Assembly (NCBI GenBank): GCA_913044235.1
Contig: CAJWOS010000001.1
Location: forward strand, 1-47,495
Origin: an uncultured Pseudomonadota bacterium
Lineage (GTDB): Bacteria; Myxococcota_A; UBA796; UBA2385
Reading direction: 5' to 3'
Length of the DNA stretch: 47,495 nucleotides
In this document: piece after piece, positions 9,345 to 20,571 of the stretch
How the letters are laid out: every line of letters starts with the position of its first letter
Numbering within the stretch: position 1 is the first letter of the stretch
Notes under the pieces: model-generated
The model's input: only the letters and a program-made list of their open reading frames with translations
Told to the model about the DNA's origin: nothing
Databases searched by the model: none
Made by a program: the position numbers and the translations under genes

Positions 9345-12300
9345 ATGCCCAAGAGCTTGTCCCGATCTGTGGCCGATGTTGTCGACCGAGCCACGCACAG
9401 CGCAGAGCGCGCCATCCGGGATGCAGCTTTTCGCAGCCTGTTGCAGGCCTCACCCCCACAGCCGCTGGCGATTGAGCAGGCGTTGCGGGAGACCGCTGGG
9501 ATCGTGGAGCGAAGCGATCGGCTTGTCGTTCTCGGGTCGGAGCTACACGATGTCGAGCTGCGTGTGGCACTGATGGGCTGGGCGGCTTGCCATGACCCGA
9601 GTCTGTACGTGCGCCTTGAAGCCGGACGCGGGCTCGTGGCGGCGGGTGCTTCCGCAGAGCCGATGTTGCTCAAGGTGCTGGAAGCGGCCCTGGCGCGGGG
9701 AGAGCGTCCCGGTCCCAGCGGGGTGGGTGATGCCATCACTCCGATCCTGCAGGTGATCTGTCTGTCGGGAGGGCCTGTGCTCGACCGACTCCTCGACCGT
9801 GTGGTGGAGGGAGTGCCCATCGTGGTGGGGATGCTTGTGGTTGACCTGCTGGTGGCCACGGGCCGACCGGCGGCCCTGAAGGCTCTGGGCGCTCGCCTCG
9901 TGCAGTCTTCCCACGGCAACCCCAACGATGCCCGTGAGTGGGGTCCGTTGCAGCTCCACCTCGCCGAGGCGGTTCTCGGTCATGGAGGGTCGTCGCCAAT
10001 GCTGCTGGTTTCGGTGGCTTGCTCGGCGCCGATCACCCGCCTTCGCATTCAGGCGCTCGATGCCCTCACCCATCCCGACCCACAGGTCATCGAGCCGCTT
10101 CGGGAGATGGTTTCGGGGCGAGACGGCCTTCTGTCGCGGGCTGCGGCCCGGGTTTGGGCACGGGCTGGGGCCGATGGGCTTGTGGTGCTGCGAGCGATCG
10201 CGGAAGCGGCTCTACCCACCCCATCAGCAGCTTGGTGGGTCCTCGTGGAGGCCGAGCCCACCTGGTGTGTGGCTTGCGTGGTCGCTCGGGAGCACACCAC
10301 CGGCGTGACCTTGCTGCCAGCGCGTGGCAACCGACCCGCCGGAGCCCGACTGCTCTACATGGTGGCTCGATCTGAAGCAGGGGTGCGCCTCCGCATGACC
10401 GCGACCCGCAGGCTGCTGGGGTTGGGGGCCGTCGGACGACTGCAGAGCGTGTCTCTGTGGCTGCATGGATGCACGCTTGGTCCACCCACCGACGGCTCGG
10501 GTGCATCGCCCGAACACACTGTGGCTGCGATGGTCTTCGAGGTGCCCGACACCCTGCTTGCGTGTGCGCCGAGCCTTCTCCTCAGCCTCGATGCCATGGC
10601 GTCCACGCTCACGTTTGGCGAGGTGGAACGATTGGCTGAGCACCTTTGTGTGGTTGCGGCACCCGATGCGGATGCACCAGCGGGAGCCTTTGCTGGCTTG
10701 CTCTACCACCGCGATGCGGGCGAGCGGCTGCGGGCCGGACTGGGCTTGTGTCAGTGTCCGATGCCCACGCTGTTCCATGATCTTGTGCAGCGAGCCGTGG
10801 GAGAGCGAGAGCCGCTCGTCCAACGATGGCTCTGTGCTGCGGCGTGGATGGCGGCACGAGCGCAGCCGGAAATCTCGAGCCTCTCGGAGGTCGTGCTCCA
10901 TCAGCTGGTTCAGATGAATCCCAAGCTGGCTGCTGCCCTGCGGCCGGCACCCGAGGGGCCAATCGACGGTCGCGATGCCCAGCTGGCAGAGTGGCTGGCA
11001 CTCGACAGTCCCGCGAGGGTCGACGCGCTCATCGCACTCAGTCGAGAACACCGAGGGCGGAAGCTCACCCGCATTCAGGCCCGTGACCTCTCCCGCGCCC
11101 TCACGCAGCCGGGCCGGGCCCGCCATGTGGTCGGTCTGCTGATGAATCCGAACAAGCCAGGGGCGCTCGCTCGCGCTTTGGTCGTTGCGCGGCGTGCCGG
11201 TGCGGGTCGCTCTCGGCGAGCGGCGTCTGCGGAGCTGGCTCTCGAAGAAGCCTGGGTAGACACGCAGCCGGAGCCGGTGGATGTTGGGCCGACCGTCGAG
11301 CCCACCGATGATTCGTCTGACATGCTGCCCTACAGCAACTACTTCACCGATGAGTTTGAGACCCGCCACGACCATCCCCGGCGACCCCTCCTGCCTTTCG
11401 TGGGGCGGGCACGGGTGCTCTCGCCCATACGACCAGACATCGGAGTGGTCCTGGAGCGCCTGGAGCTCATCGCCCGAGACGACGACGCGCTCTCCACATG
11501 GACTCTGGCAGAGCGAACCCCGATGCACCTGGGCCTACCGGCCCGAAGTATAGACGCCCTTCGTGCCAGCCTGAAAGCGGGGCCGCTGCAGCGTTGGGCT
11601 CGAATGTTTCCGGAAGCAAAGGGCCTCGAGTGGCCGGCTGAGCGGCCCTTGGTGCTCACCGAACCCACCGCGCTGGCGGCACTCTCCATTGTCTGCGATC
11701 TTGTCGTCTGGAGTCGTGTCGCCTCACCGGCGTGTGTCGAATTTGGTCGGCTCTGTGCGGATGCTTGGGACGCGGTCTTACAGGCTGCGCCGCCTGATGA
11801 GCCGGAGCTGTCGCACCTCGCCCAGACGCTCTTCGTCTTCGGCCGCTCCTTTCCGGTCGAGACCAGTCGCCTGCTGGAACGGCAACACGCACACCATCCA
11901 CAGTGGCGGCCGTTGCTCTATGCGGCTTGGCTGGCCTGGCGGGAGCGCTTGGACCGGAACCATTTCGCAGATGGTTTTCCAAGGGTGCGCCGGGTGCAGG
12001 ACTTTGTCGCCTGCAGCGTGCTGGCCCAGACCCTGGCCCGTCGGATTCCATCGCTGGTGGAGCCGCTGCCGTCGCACCGCTCGCGGCCTCGCCGACCGTG
12101 GCTCGAGCCGGTGGTTGCGGCTCCAGAGCCGAGCGAACCGTCGGCTCCAGAGGCAGATCCAGCGAGGCATCTCGCGGTTGTGGCGCCGGTCCTTGCTGCA
12201 GGCGCCTGGTCCATGGAAGGGCTGGACTATCCTTCGTTCCGCGTCACGGTTCGCGAGGGATTTTCTCCGCATCTGCGCGATCGGTGGGTGCAGCAGCGGA

Positions 12301-14060
12301 TTGCCGCTGGACTGGCCGTGATCGCTACCGTTCGACGGGTCGCCGAGCATGGCCGTCCCGTCGATCTGCTCCGGCTGTTGTGGTGCCGAGACTTGTGCCT
12401 ACCAGAGACCAGTCAGGGTCTACCATGGACCCGTGATCCGGTTGATGATGAGGGTCTTTTGGAGACGCAACCTACCTGGGAGCGACCGAGCCTTGACTGG
12501 AATCCCGTCGACGACTTCGACCTTCCTCCGCTCGACGACGTCGACCCCATCTTGAACGAGGATCGCAGTGGTCATACTTCGGCTGCGAAGGTCACAGATG
12601 TTCGGCCACGATGGAGCATCGAGGCGCTCCTGGCCCTTCCTGCCGACCACCCGCGCTCGGTTGCGCGCTGGATTCCGCCCGCCCATCGACGGCTGGTATT
12701 GCATGTGCTTCACTCGATTCGGAGTGCCGAGGAATGCACCGATGATCGGCTCTTTCGCGCTCCCTCCTGGTGGGTCTCCCCCGAGTGTGAAGGGGTCTTG
12801 CAACAGGTCATCGATGATGCCCGAGCTTACATGGTGCTGCGGGTTGAGCGTCCTGGACGCACACGCATTGCCCGCAAGACCCTGCGAAGGTTCTGGCGTC
12901 GACCCGATGCGGCCGACGTCCCGAGCCTGCATCGGCTGCGCGAACGCTTCGGTGCCGATCGGATGATCGAAGGACTGGTGCAGGGGCTGTTGGTACACCT
13001 CGTGGATGGTCCACCTCCCGCCTCCACCGCGCGAGCGGTCGACAAGCAGCAGGCCATTCGCACACTCCGACAGTTGTGTCTTGCCTGGAACTTCGACGAG
13101 CCAAGCGCCATCACGGTCCCATCAGAGCAACGCCAAGTCCTTGTGGATGGTGTCGCCGGGAGAGACAGCGGCTGGATGAGCAATCGCGAGGTCCACGAGG
13201 CGTTGCGCACTCTGCACCGCACTGTGGAGGGAAGACCCCGAGAGCTGGCGGTCACCCTCGGGTTGTCCGATGCCCAAGGCTTGCCGGCCCTCTTGGGTGG
13301 TGCGCGAACCTCCCTCGAGCGCGGATGTGCCGAGCTTCTCTCGAAGCTGGCTCCGGTGCTGTTCAACGAAGCGGAAGCGGATGATCAGTCCGTCGTCTTC
13401 GAACTCCGTCCGTTGACCAAGGCGGAGGCCGTGCATCGCGGCGATCGCGCTGGAGATTGCAGCTCGAACAGCGTGCCGTTTCGGTGCATGAGTCCGCACC
13501 ACATCTACTACGGCGTGTGGCGCGATGGCTTGCCCCAGCGAGGCTACCTCACCCTCTTCGAAGCCGCTGTGCTGCAAGACGACGACACGCGGGTGCCCAC
13601 ACTCGTTCTCGAGACCATCAACATCCCCATCCCGCTCTTCGACTTTGTCCAGCTCGACCTCGTGCACATTGTCGAAGCGATCGCTCACCATCGTGGGCTG
13701 GCCCTGCGCATCGCGATGGTCACCGAGTGGTGGGCCTGGAACTATGCGAACAAGACCATCCTGCGAAAGTCCAAGGCGGCTCGAGCAGGAACATCCGTTT
13801 GCCTCCAGCCCGCCGATCCCTGGTGCTGGGCCGTCTACCAGATCGTGATGCCTGAGGAGGCCAAGACCTACAGTCCGTTCCAGCACACCACCACCGCGGT
13901 GTTGCTCCAGTCTGTGGATCCCACGACGGACCTCTTGCAGCCTGAGAACGTTGGGGAGGCGGAGCGAATCCGTGCTCTGCCGCGCAAGACGATCGTTCCG
14001 ACTGCATGGGAGGGCGACACCGTGACGGGGTTCATCTCGTCCATGCCCGGTGCGCACTGA
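9345..14060 (+). CDS. very large (1571 aa) orphan protein, N-terminal HEAT/ARM-like repeats
   Basis: Uninterrupted 4.7-kb ORF. N-terminal helical repeats of about 300 aa (…HDPSLYVRLEAGRGLVAAG…, …THPDPQVIEPLREMV…). No Walker A or other catalytic motif seen. Cys/His-containing C-terminal module from about nt 13440. Confidence 0.8.
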   Translation: MPKSLSRSVADVVDRATHSAERAIRDAAFRSLLQASPPQPLAIEQALRETAGIVERSDRLVVLGSELHDVELRVALMGWAACHDPSLYVRLEAGRGLVAAGASAEPMLLKVLEAALARGERPGPSGVGDAITPILQVICLSGGPVLDRLLDRVVEGVPIVVGMLVVDLLVATGRPAALKALGARLVQSSHGNPNDAREWGPLQLHLAEAVLGHGGSSPMLLVSVACSAPITRLRIQALDALTHPDPQVIEPLREMVSGRDGLLSRAAARVWARAGADGLVVLRAIAEAALPTPSAAWWVLVEAEPTWCVACVVAREHTTGVTLLPARGNRPAGARLLYMVARSEAGVRLRMTATRRLLGLGAVGRLQSVSLWLHGCTLGPPTDGSGASPEHTVAAMVFEVPDTLLACAPSLLLSLDAMASTLTFGEVERLAEHLCVVAAPDADAPAGAFAGLLYHRDAGERLRAGLGLCQCPMPTLFHDLVQRAVGEREPLVQRWLCAAAWMAARAQPEISSLSEVVLHQLVQMNPKLAAALRPAPEGPIDGRDAQLAEWLALDSPARVDALIALSREHRGRKLTRIQARDLSRALTQPGRARHVVGLLMNPNKPGALARALVVARRAGAGRSRRAASAELALEEAWVDTQPEPVDVGPTVEPTDDSSDMLPYSNYFTDEFETRHDHPRRPLLPFVGRARVLSPIRPDIGVVLERLELIARDDDALSTWTLAERTPMHLGLPARSIDALRASLKAGPLQRWARMFPEAKGLEWPAERPLVLTEPTALAALSIVCDLVVWSRVASPACVEFGRLCADAWDAVLQAAPPDEPELSHLAQTLFVFGRSFPVETSRLLERQHAHHPQWRPLLYAAWLAWRERLDRNHFADGFPRVRRVQDFVACSVLAQTLARRIPSLVEPLPSHRSRPRRPWLEPVVAAPEPSEPSAPEADPARHLAVVAPVLAAGAWSMEGLDYPSFRVTVREGFSPHLRDRWVQQRIAAGLAVIATVRRVAEHGRPVDLLRLLWCRDLCLPETSQGLPWTRDPVDDEGLLETQPTWERPSLDWNPVDDFDLPPLDDVDPILNEDRSGHTSAAKVTDVRPRWSIEALLALPADHPRSVARWIPPAHRRLVLHVLHSIRSAEECTDDRLFRAPSWWVSPECEGVLQQVIDDARAYMVLRVERPGRTRIARKTLRRFWRRPDAADVPSLHRLRERFGADRMIEGLVQGLLVHLVDGPPPASTARAVDKQQAIRTLRQLCLAWNFDEPSAITVPSEQRQVLVDGVAGRDSGWMSNREVHEALRTLHRTVEGRPRELAVTLGLSDAQGLPALLGGARTSLERGCAELLSKLAPVLFNEAEADDQSVVFELRPLTKAEAVHRGDRAGDCSSNSVPFRCMSPHHIYYGVWRDGLPQRGYLTLFEAAVLQDDDTRVPTLVLETINIPIPLFDFVQLDLVHIVEAIAHHRGLALRIAMVTEWWAWNYANKTILRKSKAARAGTSVCLQPADPWCWAVYQIVMPEEAKTYSPFQHTTTAVLLQSVDPTTDLLQPENVGEAERIRALPRKTIVPTAWEGDTVTGFISSMPGAH

Positions 14061-14073
14061 ACCCAGCATCGAC

Positions 14074-15162
14074 TCAGAGCGAGACCGGCCCCATCAACGA
14101 CAGCAGCACAAGGCTGCCGATCGTGGTGCTGAGCATGGTGAGTACACCCACCCAAACCGGTGCGAGTCCCGTGCGGGCCAGCTGCCGGAAGTTGGTACTG
14201 AGGCCGACTGCGGCCAGGGCGAGCAGCACCATGCCCTTGAAGAGCTTCTTTGCGGCGCCGGCCAGATCAAAGTCAATGGCAGCACTGGCGGCGTCAATCC
14301 AGCCGAGGCTGTTGGCGGTGGCGAGCAGCAAGAAGCCGATCAAGAAGTTGGGAAACGACTTGGCGATGCGCTGTCGGAGCGACACGGGGGCACCGTCGGT
14401 ACGCTCGGGATCGAAGCGGCTGTACGCCAGGCCGAGACCGACGATGACGAAGGCCATACAGCCATTGCGGGTGAGCTTGACCACCGTGGCAACCTCGCCG
14501 GCGGTGGGGCTGTAGGCGAACCCTGTGGCCACTACCTGGGAGGTGTCGTTGACCGCCACGCCGGCCCAGGTGCCAAACCATGCATCGGAGAAACCGAGTG
14601 CGTGACCGACCAGAGGAAACGACAGCATCGCGATCGTTCCCAGCAGCGTGTTGATGGCAATGGCGAACGCCATCTCATCGTCTTTGGCCCGGATCACCGG
14701 TGCGATGGCCGCGATGGCGGTGTTTCCACAGATGGCGGCGCCGACAGCGATCAGCGTGGCGATGCGCACCGGGATCTGAAGCCACCGCCCCATTGCGTGG
14801 GCCATGGTGAGTGCCAGTGTCATGAGGGTGCCGATCAAGATCAACGCATGGGCACCCATGCCCACGATCTGATCGAGGGCCATTCGGGCCCCGAGAAGCA
14901 CAATGGCGATCGGCAGGGCGGTCTTTACGGTGAGGCGCAGACCGGGCGACCAGTCGATGGGTGGCGGGGTGAGGTTGGTCACCAACAGACCCAGAGCGAT
15001 GGCGAGCAACGCTTCACCGACCACAGCGCTTACGCTGGAAGGCAGGAGCTGGTGCAGTGCATGGGCGGCGAGCGCCACGAGTCCGGCCACCAAAATACCG
15101 GCGAGGATGCCCGGCTGGCGGAGTGTGGCAGTCGGAGACGGGGGCGCGGGAGGTTCGGCCAA
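14074..15162 (-). CDS. YeiH/UPF0324 family membrane transporter (putative sulfate exporter family)
   Basis: 362 aa, about 10 TM helices. Family-typical stretches: AICGNTAIAAIAPVI, GTWAGVAVNDTSQVVATG. Confidence 0.8.
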   Translation of the reverse strand: MAEPPAPPSPTATLRQPGILAGILVAGLVALAAHALHQLLPSSVSAVVGEALLAIALGLLVTNLTPPPIDWSPGLRLTVKTALPIAIVLLGARMALDQIVGMGAHALILIGTLMTLALTMAHAMGRWLQIPVRIATLIAVGAAICGNTAIAAIAPVIRAKDDEMAFAIAINTLLGTIAMLSFPLVGHALGFSDAWFGTWAGVAVNDTSQVVATGFAYSPTAGEVATVVKLTRNGCMAFVIVGLGLAYSRFDPERTDGAPVSLRQRIAKSFPNFLIGFLLLATANSLGWIDAASAAIDFDLAGAAKKLFKGMVLLALAAVGLSTNFRQLARTGLAPVWVGVLTMLSTTIGSLVLLSLMGPVSL

Positions 15163-15550
15163 GGATCGCCTGCAGCGGTAGAAGAAGAGGGCGTCGCCAA
15201 TCGGCGTGGGCCCCCCCTATTCCGTCTGGTGTGTGGGGACGCGGTCGTCTGTGCCTTCTGTGTGGGACCGCAGTGCCGTGGTGCCGCCAGCGGATGTTGG
15301 TGTCGTTGCGGCGCTCGCTCCGCCCGGACTGGGGCCGCTCAGGCTGTTTGTGTGAGTCACGTTTTGGTGGCGGATGCGGCAACGACGTTCGTGAAAAAGG
15401 GCAAGCGCTCGGGTGCCAGACTCTATATAACGATTGTAATGTACCGCGGGCGGCACCGTCCGTCGCCGCAACAGTGGGCGTGTGCACGGCCCCGGCTGGC
15501 ATTCCAGGCGCGCTCCCTGTCTCTTTCCATGCTTCTCAGAAGAGGCGCTG

Positions 15551-17551
<2,001 letters not shown>

Positions 17552-17739
17552 GTGTGCCCGTTCTTCCGGTTCGGTCTCCCGCGATCGGGCCACCGGTCGG
17601 CCACCCCATCGCTCGGTCCATTCATCTCGCGTCCTTCGGACGGAGGCCCGTGGGCAATCACGAAGCTCCTGCGGGGCGGTTGATGGGGAGGTATCCACCC
17701 TTGTGGGCAACCGGGCAGCAGCCGAATACAATAGGGACC

Positions 17740-17994
17740 ATGCCCAGACCCTATTTTCCGCACACGCTTCATGATGTCCTACGCAACGTTGATGGCGGAC
17801 TCGGTCTGATCGCAGCCGATCTGTCCGACGGCAGCTTGGTGGTGCTCAAGCGGAATCGGCGCGGTGGGGGCTATCGAATGACCCACTACACCGATACTGC
17901 ACGGACCGGAGTGCGCACCCAGGAGGAGTTTCCCGAACGCGTGGAAGCCATCAACGCCTACTCGCGGGTGATCGGCCTCGGGGAGTTTCTGTAG
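17740..17994 (+). CDS. small hypothetical protein (84 aa)
   Basis: ATG 17740 (MPRPYFPHTLHDVLRNVDGG...). TACAAT sits 7 nt upstream, suggesting a possibly leaderless transcript. Moderate GC3; no homolog recognised. Confidence 0.35.
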   Translation: MPRPYFPHTLHDVLRNVDGGLGLIAADLSDGSLVVLKRNRRGGGYRMTHYTDTARTGVRTQEEFPERVEAINAYSRVIGLGEFL

Positions 17995-18069
17995 CGAGCG
18001 GGCGGGCTTCCGGATGCTGTGCGGGCAACCTGCTGAAATGCTGGGCGCCCATCCGATGAAGCGCAAGAG

Positions 18070-19839
18070 CTACTCCATGTAGCCCAGGGCTTCGAGCTGG
18101 CGCTGCTGCAGGGTGCGCTCGGTGGCCTTGGATTTTTTGGTCCGATTGCCGGTGACACGCGGCAGATCGCGGCGTCCGGGGCGGTATCCGGAGATGACCT
18201 TGGGCGCGCCCACGGCAAATCCGGGCTGATCCCGGGTTTCCTGGGTGCGGTCGGCTCCGGAAGAGCGAATGCACATCTCCGCCTCCACATAGTTCCACGA
18301 GGAGTCCAGTCGCAGTCGCTCGCGGCTCCACTCGCCATCGGTCTCCAAGCTCACGGATTTTTCGAAGATGGTCTCGGGGGCCTCACCGGGCCGCGCCAAG
18401 GTGACCATCACGTTTCCGTTGGGCTCGAACTCGTCGGATTCGTCAGTCGCGGCCGCGAAGCCGTACTCGAACACCAACATGGCCTTGCCGGGCAGCATCA
18501 GGTCGTGACAGTTGTTGGGCTTGGCGAGCAACCGACGCTTCTTGCCCCCGATCTTGGCCTTCATGACTTCCTTCGACAGGGCAAAGTCGTAGAGTGCCTC
18601 ATCGATATAGGGCTTTGGTTGGCGGTTTGGCACCGCTTCGGTCTGCATGGGCGGCAACGCGGCGAGCTGGGGACAGAAGTCGGCCGCATACCGCTGCGAT
18701 CGCATCGGATGGTATGGCGGTGTCCACTGCCATACGATCTCACCGGCAGTCGTGACCTCGAAGATCCGCCCCCCACGACTCGAGGTGATCACGACATTGC
18801 CGTTGGGAAGCTTCTGCGCAGTGCCAGCAGTGTCGGAGAAAAAGCGCTCGTCGGTGTAGCGCCAGACCACTTCGTTGGTCGACGGGTCGATCTCCAACAC
18901 TTCGCTCTGGCGATTGTCGGAGTGGTAGCGGTTGTTGAACAGCAGCACGTTTCCGGCACCGGGAACGTCATCCCCCAGCAAGATCGCTTCGTGCTGCCAG
19001 TCGAGCCCTTTGGTGTGCTTCCAAGCCACGTCGCCTGTGTTGCGATCGACGAGGTAGACGGTGCTGAGATGCCGAGAGCTGACCAGGATGTTGCCCGCAT
19101 TGAAGCGGGTATCGCCGGATCGTGCGCGTGGGTTGTCGGGGATGGACTGTACTGAGTTGAAGTGAGTGAGGTCGTTGTCTTTGAACGCATCGCCCAGAAG
19201 ATCGTCTCCGAGGTGATCGCCGGAGGCCCAGGTCCATACGAGCTCTGAATTCTCGTCGATCACCAGGATGTTGTCGGTGGGCTCGCCTGGCGCTCGGAAG
19301 ATACCGAGGAGCTGGTTGTTCGGTGCCCATTGAAGGTCGTGGTGGGGGAAGTATCGTGAGTTTCCCGTATTGAAAGAGCGTACCGGTTGTCCGTCCCAAT
19401 CCACCTCGACGAGCGAGTCATCCACTCCGATGTAGAGCAGGTTGCCTTCGGGGGTCAGTCGGGCGCGGCCGACAGCGCGAACGTCGGGCCAGCCATGCAC
19501 CACGCGGCCGTTCATGTCGACGAGCATGGGCACTCGACGCTCGTAGAACAGCAGGGTGTAGCCTGCCCAGGCGCGATCGGGGTCGTACATGGAGAGCCAG
19601 TCGGTGGTGGGGAGTGCCGCGAGGTCGAGGTCTCCGTCGGCACTGGGCCGCGCCTCTGTTCGCTCGGTGGGGGCAGGCGCGGGGATGGCAGCCGGATCTG
19701 TGGCGGTCGGCGCTGCAGCTTTTGAGACCGTCTCTACAGTGGGCGGTCCTGGCGGCTGGCCGACGACGTACCCGATGCCGACTCCGAGGCCTCCGAATGC
19801 AACAATGGCGGCGCCGGCAGTGGTATTCGTCCAGTTCAC
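18070..19839 (-). CDS. arylsulfotransferase (ASST) family beta-propeller protein, N-terminal signal-anchor
   Basis: ASST pattern DLTHFNSVQSIPDN...GNILVSSRHLSTVYLVDRNTGDVAWK and FPHHDLQW. TM anchor AAIVAFGGLGVGIGYVV. Start set at GTG 19839 (GGAG 5 nt upstream), which aligns with the paralogue's N-terminus. The maximal ORF starts at 19947. Confidence 0.8.
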   Translation of the reverse strand: MNWTNTTAGAAIVAFGGLGVGIGYVVGQPPGPPTVETVSKAAAPTATDPAAIPAPAPTERTEARPSADGDLDLAALPTTDWLSMYDPDRAWAGYTLLFYERRVPMLVDMNGRVVHGWPDVRAVGRARLTPEGNLLYIGVDDSLVEVDWDGQPVRSFNTGNSRYFPHHDLQWAPNNQLLGIFRAPGEPTDNILVIDENSELVWTWASGDHLGDDLLGDAFKDNDLTHFNSVQSIPDNPRARSGDTRFNAGNILVSSRHLSTVYLVDRNTGDVAWKHTKGLDWQHEAILLGDDVPGAGNVLLFNNRYHSDNRQSEVLEIDPSTNEVVWRYTDERFFSDTAGTAQKLPNGNVVITSSRGGRIFEVTTAGEIVWQWTPPYHPMRSQRYAADFCPQLAALPPMQTEAVPNRQPKPYIDEALYDFALSKEVMKAKIGGKKRRLLAKPNNCHDLMLPGKAMLVFEYGFAAATDESDEFEPNGNVMVTLARPGEAPETIFEKSVSLETDGEWSRERLRLDSSWNYVEAEMCIRSSGADRTQETRDQPGFAVGAPKVISGYRPGRRDLPRVTGNRTKKSKATERTLQQRQLEALGYME

Positions 19840-20004
19840 TTGTGCTCCATCCAGGAGGTGGCCATCCGACGGGACGCACCCTTTCCATGCGCACGGGTTA
19901 TACCCCCTCGGCCTCGGCCCAGCCTCGGATGTACAATGGTTTCCCACACGAAGCCGGAATGTATGCTATAGTCGAGCCACCCGCAGACCGGTGAAGAAGA
20001 CACT

Positions 20005-20322
20005 ATGTCTCAAACACTACGAACTCCCGCTATCCTCGCCTTTTCCGTCGCGATTCTCGCTTCCACCGGTTGTGATGACCGCCTTGGACTTGAGTTGAAG
20101 GGCGTAGGCGACACCGCCAACCAAGACAGTGGCGTTGGCCCTGGTGACACCGGCGGCCCTGGCGGGTCGGACGGCACCACGGGCAACGGTGACACCGGCG
20201 ATACTGTAGACTCGGGCGGTTCATCCACTTCGCCCAACGTCAACCAGAACATGGAGTTCGAGGCGGAGAGCTGGCGGGACATCATGTGGCGCACTCGGAA
20301 GAGCCGTCGCAGCGGGTTCTGA
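20005..20322 (+). CDS. small lipoprotein with acidic G/D/T-rich region
   Basis: Signal peptide plus lipobox ILASTGC, then GDTGGPGGSDGTTGNGDTGDT low complexity. Followed by a clean intrinsic terminator. Confidence 0.6.
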   Translation: MSQTLRTPAILAFSVAILASTGCDDRLGLELKGVGDTANQDSGVGPGDTGGPGGSDGTTGNGDTGDTVDSGGSSTSPNVNQNMEFEAESWRDIMWRTRKSRRSGF

Positions 20323-20344
20323 TCAGCCTGCCTCAGTGGTTCAT

Positions 20345-20373
20345 GAGCCGCCTCGTGCGGCTCTTTTTTTTTT
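20345..20373 (+). terminator. rho-independent terminator
   Basis: GAGCCGC-CTCGT-GCGGCTC hairpin (perfect 7-bp stem) followed by T10, 22 nt after the stop at 20322. Confidence 0.85.
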
Positions 20374-20571
20374 GTTGGGGGGATGGCCGGAGCGTTTCCT
20401 GGTTGGATCACGACTGGATGGAGCCGCTCGGAACATGGGGAGGCAATGGCGCGGATCCCCCTTGGCAATCGAGGGGCCTCAGCGGTTGCGCCACTGAGGG
20501 GGATCGCCAGTAGGAGTGTGATCGAGCTCTCGGTTCTCGACGGGGCGCTGCAACATGGCACACGAGCGGCG

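Noticed and set aside
9212-9925. Upstream extension of the PcfJ-like ORF to 718 codons.
   Set aside because: The extension is R/S/T/P-rich and would overlap the first 580 nt of the giant gene. The Met at 9211 leaves a sensible 133-bp divergent promoter region.
5869-14060. Annotating the YaeQ / PcfJ-like / giant gene region as a mobile element or prophage remnant.
   Set aside because: No integrase, transposase, relaxase, T4SS gene, tRNA attachment site or flanking direct repeats are visible, and composition matches the neighbours. PcfJ-likeness alone is insufficient.
15399-15420. A sigma-54-like TGGCAC element on the minus strand upstream of the YeiH-type gene.
   Set aside because: The GG-to-GC spacing does not fit the -24/-12 consensus (TTGC is displaced by 3 nt).
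15421-15445. An AT-rich patch (CTCTATATAACGATTGTAATGTACC) considered as the promoter of the oxygenase gene.
   Set aside because: -10-like hexamers are present, but I could not find a convincing -35 at 16-18 nt. It is left unannotated as a feature.
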